A DNA stretch of 64,000 bases. Origin: Fimbriosthenelais zetlandica. Its lineage: Eukaryota. Below the pieces are notes generated by a model. The model was given only the letters and a program-made list of their open reading frames with translations. It did no database searches and had not been told where the DNA came from. This document shows, piece by piece, positions 48,681 through 61,137 of this stretch. The stretch's first letter is position 1. Every line of letters begins with the position of its first letter. The DNA is taken from NCBI GenBank assembly GCA_977030845.1, contig OZ365110.1, forward strand, positions 50,530,001 to 50,594,000, read 5' to 3'. A program made the translations under genes and the position numbers.

Positions 48681-50430
48681 CAGCCCAGTTAACTGTGAAT
48701 TAAGTTTCCAGCCGTCACCGGGCGTTGCTTGTAATCGGGGTCTCATTCAGGAGGCTGCGTCTCTCCTGCTCACTTTGACAGGTTGTGTGGGTAGCGGACG
48801 CCAGGAGGGCGTCTGGTCCAAGCTGATCACTTAGCCCTACCTGTCACTCCCTATTCCCCACCACACACACCAAACATCGATCAACCCACCCTCTCCTCCT
48901 CCTCCAGTCTCCATACCCTTCTCCTACCAACCCTAATCCCACCGACTTCTTATAGTCCTAGGGTTTGTTTTGTAACATCTACAAAAAAGTGCCACTTCAG
49001 CATTGGCCCCACATTGGTCCTTTTACAACAAGGTTTCTATATCCATGTTGTATAACTGCATCTGTCACTGGACAAAAAAAATCAGTAGCGTTATCTCACA
49101 GGATAAAAATCGCAGGAAAAATCCTGCGCAAGTTGCAGCGAACCCTCACTGGGCCTGCTGTGAGAGAAAACTGCGCGAGGAGCCCTGGAGCAGCTTTGGA
49201 GGCCTCTCGCTTGCTCCAGAGCTGCGAAAGATGTTTTGCAAGGGGGAGCCAGCTATCTCTTAGCAGGAGTCATAGCATCATTTTTTCTGCGAGCGATGCC
49301 AGTGAAAATTAGCTGTGTAGGCTTGCTGGAGCTTTTGTGAAATGAGCCCTGAACTAAAGTCAGACTGACAACCCAAAAATCTGGGTCTTTCTGTGCTCCT
49401 TCTGACAAATTGTGCATGCAGGTCATGGTGTTTTTAATGACAAGGTGTAACTGCTCCTCTATTCACCAATCATGTGAGGTAGTTATACTGTGTGAACCTC
49501 TCATTATGGTGCATGTATCTAGGTCGATGATAGGCCTGTAGCACCCACTAACATTGAGCGAATGCAACAGCTTCACTTTCAGCAAGTACTGTGTTATAGA
49601 TTGGTTCCTGAATGCTATGAAGGGTTCAGGTAAACCCCCCCCCCCCCTCCCAGAGACTATTATGGGATTGTTCCACTGGGCTAGCTGACTTTCTATAGCA
49701 AATTCAATGCTTTTCATTCATCTAATATTCAATAGTTTTTAGCTCAAAACTTTTCAAAAATATAGTTTCCACTGCAATTGTCGCGACAAGTAGTGCCATT
49801 GGAACAAAATAGTGAAGGGTATATACCAATTTAATTTTTTTTTATTAGGAAAACAACCACAGATATTTGACCATAAGTTTGACCATGAGTGAAAAGTATA
49901 CATTTATATACTATTTAGGTTATCAATAGTCGAATTGATGTAACAGCTATGAATGGAGTATATCAAATCCAGCAAGAATAATAAATCTGCTGAACTCCAC
50001 CGATCAGGGCAGTGCCTACTCAATTTTGAGAATGAATGGCCATATCAATGTGCCGATCTTAGATCGAAGATGGAATGAAACATTGGTTTAGGTGGTAACA
50101 TTCCCACCCATGTCGTCAATTCATCACTTACCATCTTGACGGGAAATCGTTCTTGGATGCTGACTTGACACAAGTCAATTTACAATCAATTACCTCAACA
50201 ATCAGGTCAATTTTTAACCCATCAAGTATGGATCATATATTTTCTTTATAGCGTACCTTTACTGGGGTGCTATTGCATTGAGAGTGCTGCGATTCTATTG
50301 CGGGATTTCCGGTGGCCTCAATTGCCATATCTGTCACACCACTCGCAAGTTTGTGTATAATTGAAGGAATTGATTTTAGTAGAGCTTAATAAACACTGAA
50401 AATCAGATGTTTTATCTAATAAATATGGGA

Positions 50431-50505
50431 GGAGAGTTAGCTCAGTTGGTTAGAGCACCAGCTCACTCAGGGTGTTAGTAGTTCGAAGTGTTAGCAGTTC
50501 AATCA
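50431..50505 (+). mobile_element. Degenerate tRNA-derived (SINE head-like) fragment
   Basis: Box A/D-arm TAGCTCAGTTGGTTAGAGC at 50438-50456; two box-B-like copies gttcgaa and gttcaatc; no acceptor stem or cloverleaf. Confidence 0.55.
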
Positions 50506-50526
50506 GGGTGTTGTAAAAGAACATCT

Positions 50527-50717
50527 TCAATGGCGAGGGTCGGCGAGGGTACCCTCTTCGAGCGGTTGTATTGCACAAGCAATATTTTTGGAGAAAACAG
50601 AGCATGGAAATGCAATAACAAGCAATCATATAAGCACTTTTTTCAAGAAAACAGTACTTGACCAAACAAATGCTCGACGAGGTTGCGCTCACCAACCCTC
50701 GATTTAATTGGCGAGCC
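50527..50717. mobile_element. Old palindromic MITE-like element with ~70-bp imperfect arms; a one-arm copy lies at 60138-60218
   Basis: gagggtcggcgagggtaccctcttcgagc... aligns to the reverse complement of 50640-50705 and to tcaatggcgaaggacg...ccctcgtcgaacg at 60.15 kb. Confidence 0.55.
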
Positions 50718-53700
50718 TCTTTGTACGACAGGGGGTTAATGTCCATTGCACAGAAGGCGATGTAGATTTGCATAGCCTAAATAAGTGGTATGTATAGGGA
50801 TTAGTGTTCATTCTGCTTCAACACTCTACATCTATTCTCATACTCTATTCAAAATGCATGCTCCTTGATTTGGACTGAGCGAGTAATGGCAAACATCATT
50901 TGACCTTGGTATGTTCCTCTGTTGTCCAAGTCTAATGTAGGCAGCCAGCAGCTCCTGCATGTCTCTGTTCCATGGAATCACTGCACAAATGCTATACACA
51001 ACTACACTGCACAAATGCACTGCACAAATGTGCTTGCCATTGCTAATTTGGTGAGATACTTTTGTAGTTTTGATACTACCATCTTTAGTAACTCTCATTG
51101 CAGTCTCACCGAAAAACAGTTACTGTAATGCACAAAGCCTTGTGTATGTGCACTGTCGCAAAAAAAAACTAGTTTCCATTGGACAATGAGGTCAATTCTA
51201 TGACTATTGACCAAAGCATTATTGTTCAATTGGCCCAACACAAATGAAATAATGATCCTACCCATCTCCGACTACGTTCACGATTTTGGTTGGGGTCCAA
51301 GAGTGTCCACACAAGACTGTGAGAGTTCCTATAAAAACCTGTGCATCAGGGCAATCCGTGACACCATACATTGTTTCTTGATCTACATCAGGCATATATG
51401 TATCATTCAGTTGCTGTTGCATGGGAAATTTGAAGGCCACACTGACATACATCAAGAAAACGGCTCAGTGGACATGAGGCTTAAAGAGGAGACTGGCTCA
51501 CTGGACATCAGCCTTCCCGGTATAGTAGGTCTCACGGGAGGGGGGACTTTTAGAAAATAAAGGCAGTGTGAACTAATTCTCTACTAGGGCGAACCTGATC
51601 GCAAGCCATCAATTTGTTGCCATGGCGACCATGGACTGGGCCATCCTTAAAACTACACCAATGTGCTTCTGCTCGGGCTATGGGCGAGCGGGAGAGGAGC
51701 CAGGCATGGACTAATTATATAGTAAAACGGGAGATGGAGGCAGAGGGACAACTGATACATAAATGATGCAGGTACAGGCTAAAAAACCAAGTCTGGGTGA
51801 TGATGAAAAGCATCCAGTTATAATATACAATGAAGATTTGAATGACAAAGAATATCTATAGAATCCAATGAGTCCATTTATGTAGGAATAGTGAATATTT
51901 TCCAGTAAAGAAATGGTTAAAAATCCATTTATCATTCTCAGGGAGATGGGACAGATATGCAAGGACATGAGATATTCAAGTCCAACGATAGAAATCAGAT
52001 TCATAAACCAGAATATAAAGTGGTGGAGGTCTTCGGGGTTGCTTCCATCAATGTCAATGAAGCATTTGTGACCTACAGCACGTTGGTATGTTTTCTCGTA
52101 ACTAATTCATGATTGCCTAATGAATAATTGTCTAATGAATAATTGCAACTTGATTCAGGTTGCCGATCACAGTTACATGTATAATACAATGACTATAATA
52201 GATATCCTTTGTAGATATCTTTACTTACATGCATATATGTTTTTTGTGGCATCTGGGATGCTGGAAGAGGTTTGACTACGTTCGCAACTTCAGGAGCCTG
52301 TTTCATAACGCATATTAGCCATAGACTTAACATTGCCAATATTCCCTTTGTAACAGGCAAGACATTTCCACAAGAAATGATGCTGTGGCAAAAAAATAAA
52401 ACAGCAACCGCAAATCACCCGCAAGCAACAACACTCAGAAGGCATTAAATCCATTGCTCCTGTAGATCACACAACATAAAATGTAATCTTTCCACCAGAA
52501 ATAGCCTTCAGCTAATGGATATTTTGATGCAATAATAGAACCTATAAATAGGTCTAAATATATCTCTTTGAAAGCACGTGTCAAAGGTACTATGCCATGA
52601 CTATGTGTATAGATACGTGGTAGTGGTATTTTCTGTATTGCTATGCACACCACCTATATAACCTGGTTTCTTCCTTGCCATGTGCCCACACTGGCACAGT
52701 CGGCTTATATTATAGGCCGCACAAAGCCTCTTTTGATCGCCATCCCATAGCATTTCATCCCTTTTGTCCACTGGCAGCTGGAAAGACACGATTGTGCTTT
52801 ACAATATTGCTTTATATGTCCATGTTGACCCGGTCCAGACACATTGAGCACTGGTTCTTATCGTCGACCTTAGCCAGCCTATTATGTGTGGGGCGGCATG
52901 GAGAGATTGGACAGTATGGGGGTATTAGGGAAGGGTGGAGAATATGACAGGGTGGTACAGATTCTGAATTATCCTCCCAAGATATTGCAAAGACGTAGAT
53001 GATGTCGTATATTGTCGTATATCATTTAGAGTGGTGATAATCCAACTGCTGTGACCATATGATTTGGGATGAGCAAATTCCGGTAGTATGGGAGATGCTC
53101 GCTTTAGTGAGTATGTTTTAAGTCTAAAAATAAACTTGGATTTGAGGTTATTGGGATTACATGCTTCTGAAAAATGTAAAAGGTTGTCATATTTCAGTTT
53201 TTTTCCATTACTGAATGGAATGACTGCTTAGAGTACATATTGTAACAGTGCGCAAGATTGGTTGTCATATTGAAATATCAGCCGGATACCTCTGACATTT
53301 TCATTGCCGTCAGGTTAAGAGAAAAGCTTTATATCAGTCGAAACAAAATTTAAATTCTCCGAAACTCCCAGTGAACAACCTTCAAATTGATCATAAATAA
53401 ACATAAACTTTAGTCAAGAGATGGATAGGATTGATTTTGACAGTCCTTTACACCTAAGGCTAGCCACTGACATAATTACAAGCATTGGGTGTGATTAGAA
53501 ATATAGTTTCGCGCAGCTATCACTTGGAGGACCGCCTAATATATGGGAGCCAGGCATTAGACCCTATCCACATAAGAGATCATAGATAATAGATCAGAAG
53601 GTGTTATTCCATTATCCATAGTGCCATGAGATAAGTGTTAGCATATACACTGACATGGAGGAGTTGACCTTTTGCACCGTGCCTAAGGCATTGCTAACGT

Positions 53701-53902
53701 AGCCCGGGTTGGGGTAGGGAGCGGGCAGCAGTGAGGGGGAGGGAGGAGATTTGGGACCTTCAATCCACACATTGTTGTATGTACAGACAACTGACGCATG
53801 CGTGGACCGCTCCCTGATGGCAACTGCCAGCGGAAGTGGTGGCCTGAATCAACATCCGGTAGTGGGGGAGGCTGCAAACAGCCGCAGAGTCCGACCAGAA
53901 AG

Positions 53903-54071
53903 NNNNNNNNNNNNNNNNNNNNNNNNNNNNNNNNNNNNNNNNNNNNNNNNNNNNNNNNNNNNNNNNNNNNNNNNNNNNNNNNNNNNNNNNNNNNNNNNNN
54001 NNNNNNNNNNNNNNNNNNNNNNNNNNNNNNNNNNNNNNNNNNNNNNNNNNNNNNNNNNNNNNNNNNNNNNN
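53903..54071. other. Assembly gap (169 N)
   Basis: Run of n; ORFs spanning it are artefacts. Confidence 1.
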
Positions 54072-54072
54072 G

Positions 54073-54355
54073 TTGCACGTCACTTTGAAAGTTATATCAT
54101 GACAGTACCTTCTTGTGACAGTCAATGCTCTTTTATAGTGCTGCCTCACTGAGGTTTTATGTTGGAGGCCGATAACATGATATCTCATCCAGTCACTATA
54201 ATTATGCTGACACAAGGCCGACCAGCCCTAGTACTGGCCTCTAATTGCTGAGTGCCAAGTGAGGGAGCTACAGGTCTTTTATTTGGTATGACCCTGCCGC
54301 AGTTTGAACCGGTGACCTTCCATAAATGGGGCAGCCATTCTAACCATTGCACGTA
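54073..54355 (-). mobile_element. tRNA-derived SINE with MetaSINE-like central domain
   Basis: Minus strand: box A-like gtgcaatggttag, box B ggttcaaac, then ggtcataccaaa...cttggcactcagcaattagag and gtgaggcagcactataaaa, which I recall as Meta-domain and 3' SINE motifs. Confidence 0.7.
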
Positions 54356-54788
54356 AAACACAGAAAAGGCAGACAAAACAGATTGAAAGTAACAGGAAGA
54401 ATAAAATTATATAAAAAATACAAAGTTGATGACAAACCCGGAAGAAAAGTGATGAGCCAGGTTGAAAGTGACCTGAAAACTGAACAACTGAAACCCACGA
54501 AGACACTAAATGAAAAAAGTTTGAGTTTTGAAACAAGAGTTTGTGAGGATTTGGGGAAAAAACATGTCAAAGAAAGGCCTTCTTTAATAGTGGGTGGTCT
54601 CAGTGATTGTTACCTGTTAATTGGGTTAACACCATGAAGCTGGGAACCATCCAAACTCATTCAAACTACACTCGTGTTTGGAGGGCTTCATTGAAATTAA
54701 TTGTGACCATTTAGAAACAGTGGCTCGTTGAAGGGCAATGAAATGGCTTGGGACTGAGGGGCTTCCTACAGTCTGCTGCAATGCACAG

Positions 54789-54904
54789 TATGTCCATCGA
54801 CTTATGTTCTTCCCATACCTCATATATGTCAACTCAATTGCTTATAGGCAATTGATGGGTCAACCTGATTTATATTATTAAATAGGCTCAGTGGACATGG
54901 TACT
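54789..54904. mobile_element. Copy of the double-hairpin MITE-like family
   Basis: caattgcttataggcaattgatgggtcaac...ggctcagtggacatgg. Confidence 0.7.
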
Positions 54905-56020
54905 TCAGCTTAGCTGATACATTGCGAATTATTTTTCATGTAAAATAAAATACAATTCTAATAGAAAATGGATGCTGACGCTGACAGGGTATCTCACAGA
55001 GGGTATTTGATTTATATATTTGACAAACTTACTTACTATTTCAAACGTTGGTATTTGACTCATAAACTGCAGTAGCGATGTCAAATAAATTTATCTGGGA
55101 GTCAGGTATTCCCTTCTGAAAATCTTGCCAGTTTCACTATTGTATTTATAAAGTGTCTCACATTTCCTCGAATGAAAACAGAATCCTTTTGAACAGAATC
55201 CTGACAAGCTCGGTGGAATTCAAAACCATCAGCACAATTAATCCTTCCACTTAATTAGCCTTAAACCCACTTGCAATTGATTACATTTAGTATCTGATTG
55301 TTCCGCTGTAATTAAATGTTGCTATTTCCAAATCAGAAACAAGGTTCCAATCGATGTGTTGATGCCTCTATATTTTTAAATGCCCCAATTTCAAAAGGGA
55401 GCAAAAACTCCCCCGCAGCCTTGGGCCCAATTCCTAATCTCATTGGCACAGTGACTATGGAAACAAGTGGGAAGAAGAATCCTTTGCCTTGGCTCTGATC
55501 CAATTCAGTTTTCCTTTTCTTAGGCATGATTGGTTTGTCGATGCATTTTCTTTTTTTTTCATTGCAGCCACATCTAGATATGAATCCATAGCACGATCGA
55601 GGCTCTATTCCCTCTCGTGCTAGAACTAGAAATATATGTCACAGCCAATGGGAATGGTGCCAGTGAAATACACGCAATCGATAATGTTGGGTGCCGGGTC
55701 TATATCACACTAGGTACATTCCCTATAGTGAATCATTGCTGTGATGCCAGATGATATTATTGTCAGTGTACAAACACATGGGTAGGTTTATAGTGATAAA
55801 CAGGCGAGTATTGTCTATTGTTAACGCTACAGCTGCATGTGACAGTGATCATTAATGCCCATGTCCATCATCCAAACATGAGTTGCACATGAGGGCTGTG
55901 AGGGGATGTCGATCGAACCAAAATAACTGTTTGTTTGATCAGTGTTTTGGGTCGCCAGAACAGGCAAAGGTATACCCAACAAGAAGGAAACAGGCTGTTA
56001 GATCGATACCCTGTCCCTGT

Positions 56021-56363
56021 CCTTTTTGCATGTCTCGCCTTTTACATGTCTCGCCTTTCGCATGCTTTTCACCACAGACAGTGAGAGACATGGCTGACCA
56101 TTTACATGCCTCTCACCACAGACAGTGGGAGACATGGCTGACCATTTACATGCCTCTCACCACAGACAGTGGGAGACATGGCTGGCCTTTTATATGCTTC
56201 CTACCACAGACGGTGGAGGGCATATCTGCCTGGCCTTTTACATGTTTCTTACCACAGACAGTGGGAGACATGGATAGCATTTTACATGCTTCTTACCACA
56301 GACAGTGGACACATGGCTGACCATTTACATGCTTCTTACCACAGACAGTGGGAGACATGGCTG
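56021..56363 (+). repeat. 44-bp tandem repeat array (about 7 units)
   Basis: gacatggctgaccatttacatgcctctcaccacagacagtggga at 56087 and 56131, next unit starts 56175 (period 44). Confidence 0.92.
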
Positions 56364-56423
56364 GCGACCGAGTTACAATTGCTGAAAAGATGAATTGTTT
56401 TCTTACTCCAAAGCCTTTATAAT

Positions 56424-56544
56424 TATGTCTATTGAACCATTTGCTTGACACTTGTATATCAGTTGGCCCATCAATGGCTTACTGGCAATTGATGGGTCAA
56501 TCTCACATACATCAGTCAAACGGCTCAGTGGAAATGGGGCTTAA
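56424..56544. mobile_element. Copy of the double-hairpin MITE-like family
   Basis: gttggcccatcaat...attgatgggtcaa...cggctcagtggaaatggggcttaag. Confidence 0.75.
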
Positions 56545-59059
56545 GCAACAGCTTATAGCATGAAGGGACAAATATGAAGCATATTATGGACCCAACACTT
56601 GCAAAATGCAATCAAATATTAATGTAATGTAGTTCATTAATAGTGAAGAGCTTTTTCTGGGTCGACTTTTTGAGGGACAATCAATTCTTACTTAATTAAC
56701 AGCACGTGGCCTATTCCTCATCTGCATTCTAAAAACAAACTGTACACAAAAACACAGCATCTCATAAAGTAGACTACCAATAAAATCCATCAGTATAATG
56801 TGGTAATACGGATAATGGATGTAATTCGTTACGCCAACTTTCTGCATTAAAGATGACCCGTTCCAATGGTCACTTTTCCCTCTACTACTACCCATGTTCT
56901 TTGCATAATAGTAAGTAGTACATGGAAAGAGTGCATTGTAGATATTATTTTCAATACAATCTCTATTACCATATTAAACCTATACATTTGGAAGATGGCG
57001 AGGTTTCTGCGAGAGTGGCACTGACGTAATTGTGGTAGTTGAAGTGTCCAAGGTCTTAAGGTCATCCTCCACTGGTACATTTTTCATTGCGACACAAGCA
57101 TCTTTGTCACAGTATTGTCGCAAACAAAATAGCAACAGTGGAGTCTTGGTTTTAAATACTAATATTAATGGCGTTATCACCATTTTAGTTTTGACTAATT
57201 TGTGTGATGGGCGCTATAGGGAGATGGTCGTTATGTGGGATTACAACGTACAAGTCATTATAAGTATGGTGGTTATTGTAGTTCTAACGATACAAATAGA
57301 AAGGAAGATATGCCAGCTGATTATCTAGTTGATGGCATTCGCATACCAGACTTGGCCAATCCATTTGGAGTATGCACCTCATTACATAACAAAGTCCATA
57401 CTCCAGCTCTTATAACACCTCGTTCATTCTGTGTTTGCTGATTTAGTTATATAACCAGTTAACATGCTGTGGTGACATGATGTAATAGGTCACCACTGTC
57501 TTGACTTGCCAATCTCTCCCGGCCTAATTTCCCCTTGTCTCCAAACCACGGCCCATCCTATTACCTGGATGTCAAATCTTTAAAAACAACCTGACTCTGA
57601 TAGACAATTGAAAATGCCATGCAACCACCCACAACTAAGCAATGACAATGCTGATTTTTTTCTCTTTCCTTGGTTTGACATTTGTCCGAGCAGCATGGCA
57701 GCTGACATTAGCAGAAGAGAGCTGTGCTCATTCTAAACCACTGCACATGCAATTCTCCTCAAGTTATAAGTGCAAGTTCAGCAAGTATGTTTTACTTTAA
57801 AAGGTTTTTCATCCTTCTTGCCTTGAGGTTGCCCTTTCAACCTATGGTTCGATATCAAATAGCCAAACCCAGATAGTTAAGAAAAGTGCGTAGGCCAAGG
57901 TAGGTAATTGCCATCGGGAGAAGGCACTGACTAAATATTTCCTAAACCACTTCCTAGAGGTTTGCCTCATTTCTATCTCGCAAAATCTCCTTAAATCATC
58001 ATAACCATTTTTGAAACAATCCCATATCATAAATTATTGATAAAGCAAATTGTTGACTACAATTGAAATTGATCATTCCCATGTCCATGCAAAGTTGTAC
58101 ATTCAAATGTAAATAAAAACTTATAGGTTGTGGAATTATCATATAGCCTATGCCATTAATATGAATCAAATTGACCAGATAATCAATATTATATCTTGAA
58201 AGGTTGTCGTCCCTTTCAAAGAATACCAACAAGGCAGCTTTTTTTAATCTCTTGAAGTCCCTCAGCGAGTCTTCCGATTGTCATGGAAATAATTTGAAAC
58301 CATTGAGGCAATGCTGAATGATGAACATGGCTATTTCTTCACCAATTCAATTGCAGGATTCCCATGTTCTCCTCCCTCGAAAATTGCCTTTAATAAGGAA
58401 AGGAGGACGGGGATTTATTCTTCTTTATTATGGACTGCACGTCTTCTATCACTGCTTTTTCCCATGGCCTGAGGTAAAGATATGGGAGGACCGATTCCAC
58501 ATGGCCAGGACTCTAATCTGGCTTTCTAGTCCCCTATGTTCTAATGAAGGCCTTGCGTGCTCTAGTTTGTGATCGATGTTCTACAGTCCTCTTTAACTAG
58601 TTGTGTCTAGGTGATTGTTTGCATTGCTGTTTCTAGCATAACTCGTTTTCTTTTTAATGATGGTCTTGCATCATGCAACTGCACGAATGCCTTTTATGTG
58701 GAGTGCATACATTATAATGCACAATGCTAACTGCATCATCAAATAGAAGCAAGCATTTGTATGCAGGATGTCCTGCATTCATTTCAAGCCCTTGCGATTA
58801 GGGAGGGAGGGCTGGTTTTCCATTAGCAATCGTGGGATGGAGTCTTATCTTTGCAGTCTAATAGCTTGGTGTCGAATGCATTAATGAGTTTGAGGCACCA
58901 GGCAGACTATAGTGCTCCCTACCACAGTGCTATAGGTTTTATGTATGGACATGTATATGTATAGGCCCCGTTAAAGCCTTGTCCTGTACCATCCCAAGGT
59001 TGCTCTGACCTCTGATAGGAAGGTGGTGTATTTTTCCTGTATGCTATAACCTTACCTTA

Positions 59060-59600
59060 TTCTGTCTCCCTCCTATCACCTCTCTCTCACTCTCTCTCCC
59101 ATTTCTCTCATTCATTCTCTATGTTCTCACTCTCTCCATTGTCTCACCTATCCCTTTTCAGTCTCCCTCTCACTCTTACCCCCTCTCTCCTTTTCCCTTG
59201 CCTCTCCCCCATCCCCCTTCATTCACCCTCTCCACATCTTCCCTCCTCTACCAATCTATCTTCCTCTTCCTATACCTCTCTCCCTTTGCTTTCCCTACTC
59301 TTTCTCCCCGTCTCCTCTCTCCCTGTATCCTCTCTCCCCCACTCTTCTCTCTCTGTCTCCTCTCACACCCTTCCCTCCTCTCACCCTTCCCTCCTCTCAC
59401 CCTTCCCTCCTCTCACCCTTCCCTCCTCTCACCCTTCCCTCCTCTCACCCTTCCCTCCTCTCACCCTCTCCTCTCTCACCCTCTCCTCTCTCCCCCACTC
59501 TCCTCTCTCACCCTCTCCTCTCTCCCCCACTCTTCACACTCCTCCCCGCTCTTCCCTCTCCCATCTTTCCTCTCTTCTCTCTCCCTCACACCCTCTCTCT
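59060..59600. repeat. ~540-bp polypyrimidine tract containing six 16-bp units ccttccctcctctcac (59369-59464)
   Basis: Directly visible; explains the Leu/Ser/Pro-rich spurious ORFs; followed by a (CAC)n-rich stretch at 59680-59780. Confidence 0.95.
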
Positions 59601-60845
59601 ATCACCCTGTCTCCAACACAACCCTGTCTGGCTGGCTGAATATCTTCTACTGTTCACTCCATAGATCTACGTCCATTGCCAACACCACTAGTACTACCAC
59701 CACTACCACCCACCACCACTCACCACCACCATAGCAGCACCACTTATACCACACACTACCACCACCACCACCACCCCAACTAGGCCTCCCCTATTGATCC
59801 TCCACCCCTCCACCTCCCCCTCCCCCTCCCCCACCCCAGCATACAGCTTTCTCTATCTAGTCAACTGCAAGCCACTCCAGTACGCTGCAGTAGGGGGAGG
59901 AACATTGCCTTATTGGCAGGTTCACGCCGCCCCGGAGCTCCGGCCACAGGTGTCAGATGTGACCGTGGTGCCATTATGAGCCAGGCCATGCTTTACTTCA
60001 TGCCACTCAAGCCTTTGATGCCTTCATATTATCCTGCCATTAAAACCTATATACCGAGCCTCATCATCTTCATGCCAGAAGGCAGTTGCTCCTTCTAGCT
60101 TAAGGTCTTGATACACCAAGCCGATAGACTATCCCCCAGGCTCGTCAATGGCGAAGGACGTTGGGGGTACACCCTCGTCGAACGATCGCTTTGTTCAAAT
60201 GTCGTCTTCTTGGAAAAAGCTGCCAGTTTCAAAACGAATATTATCCATAGAATAAGGTTATTCCATTCGAAAAGGCCCCAGAATAAATTTATAATAAAAT
60301 AAAGCAATCCGTTCAATATCTGATAATTATAGAGATTGACAATGCATCGGGGGATTGGGCCGATTTGTACAAAACAGTTGGTTTGGCCCAGTTGTAAGCA
60401 AAGTGAAAATAGCTCAGGGTTTTTTCATGACTTCCCAGTTGTATTTTACGCTCCACTTGGAAATGATAAGGTAGGGACAGCAAGGCATTTCCAATCATTT
60501 CAAGCCTTTCCATCAGTGATAAGAAACTCCAAGCTCTGATTTCCGAAGCAGTTTAGGAAGCGATGGATTGAAGAATCTGTGGAGCGAGGAGGAGGAGAAG
60601 AAGAAAGAGGGAGGGATCTGTCATTATAAGAAATGACAGAGGGGAATGATTGAGCTGTATAACGTGAAAGTATCCCAATGCTGCACGCTTCCCACGACTG
60701 ATGTGAAATCTATACAGAGACCCCATCAATACAGTGAACAAACTGTAACCAGCAAACATTCATGAACGGTATTGAATGGTAATGGGAAAGTGTGCTGCAG
60801 AAGGGAAGGGCTCTTAAAGCAAAGGGGCAGTATAGGGCCAAGTCA

Positions 60846-61137
60846 GGGTTATCGAGTTTGTGGGAGGAATTTGGTTGTGGAGGGCGTGTGAATTGGGGCA
60901 GCAATAACCAAGAATAATTTCCTTATACAGCTTACATAAATATACTTTCCCATAATATCACCAATACTCTCATTGTCTCTAAGTCATGGAAGAATGGGTT
61001 ATCGGGTTTGTGGTAGTAAGTGGGTTGTAGAGGGCGTGCGTAATGGGGCAGCAATAACCAATATGAAGCATTTCCTTTATAGGATTTGTATACAGCTTGA
61101 GTAAATATACTTTCCCATAATATTACCAATGCTCACT
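60846..61137. repeat. Two-copy ~150-bp direct tandem duplication
   Basis: gggttatcg.gtttgtgg...gggcagcaataaccaa...aaatatactttcccataatat.accaat starts at 60846 and again at 60996. Confidence 0.85.

Noticed and set aside
48362-48834. Gly/Pro-rich ORFs on both strands
   Set aside because: They are produced by the poly-G run and C-rich low-complexity sequence.
50431-50505. Functional tRNA gene
   Set aside because: Only the D-arm is recognisable; there is no acceptor stem or anticodon arm, and the T-arm region is duplicated.
52435-52947. Fragments resembling a zinc knuckle, a RING start or LIVDLSQP
   Set aside because: The short look-alikes fall in different frames and strands with flanking stops, consistent with chance.
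53683-54215. ORFs of 96-151 aa spanning 53.9-54.1 kb
   Set aside because: They are inflated by the 169-N gap.
56021-56363. 44-bp hairpin repeats as a CRISPR array
   Set aside because: The units are contiguous with no unique spacers, there are no cas genes, and the context is eukaryotic.
57842-58740. Protein-like minus-strand stretches as a decayed gene or transposase
   Set aside because: All frames are broken and no motif is identifiable; a BLASTX search would be needed.
59121-59734. 172-aa and 178-aa Leu/Ser/Pro-rich ORFs
   Set aside because: A CT-rich repeat cannot encode stop codons, so these are compositional artefacts.
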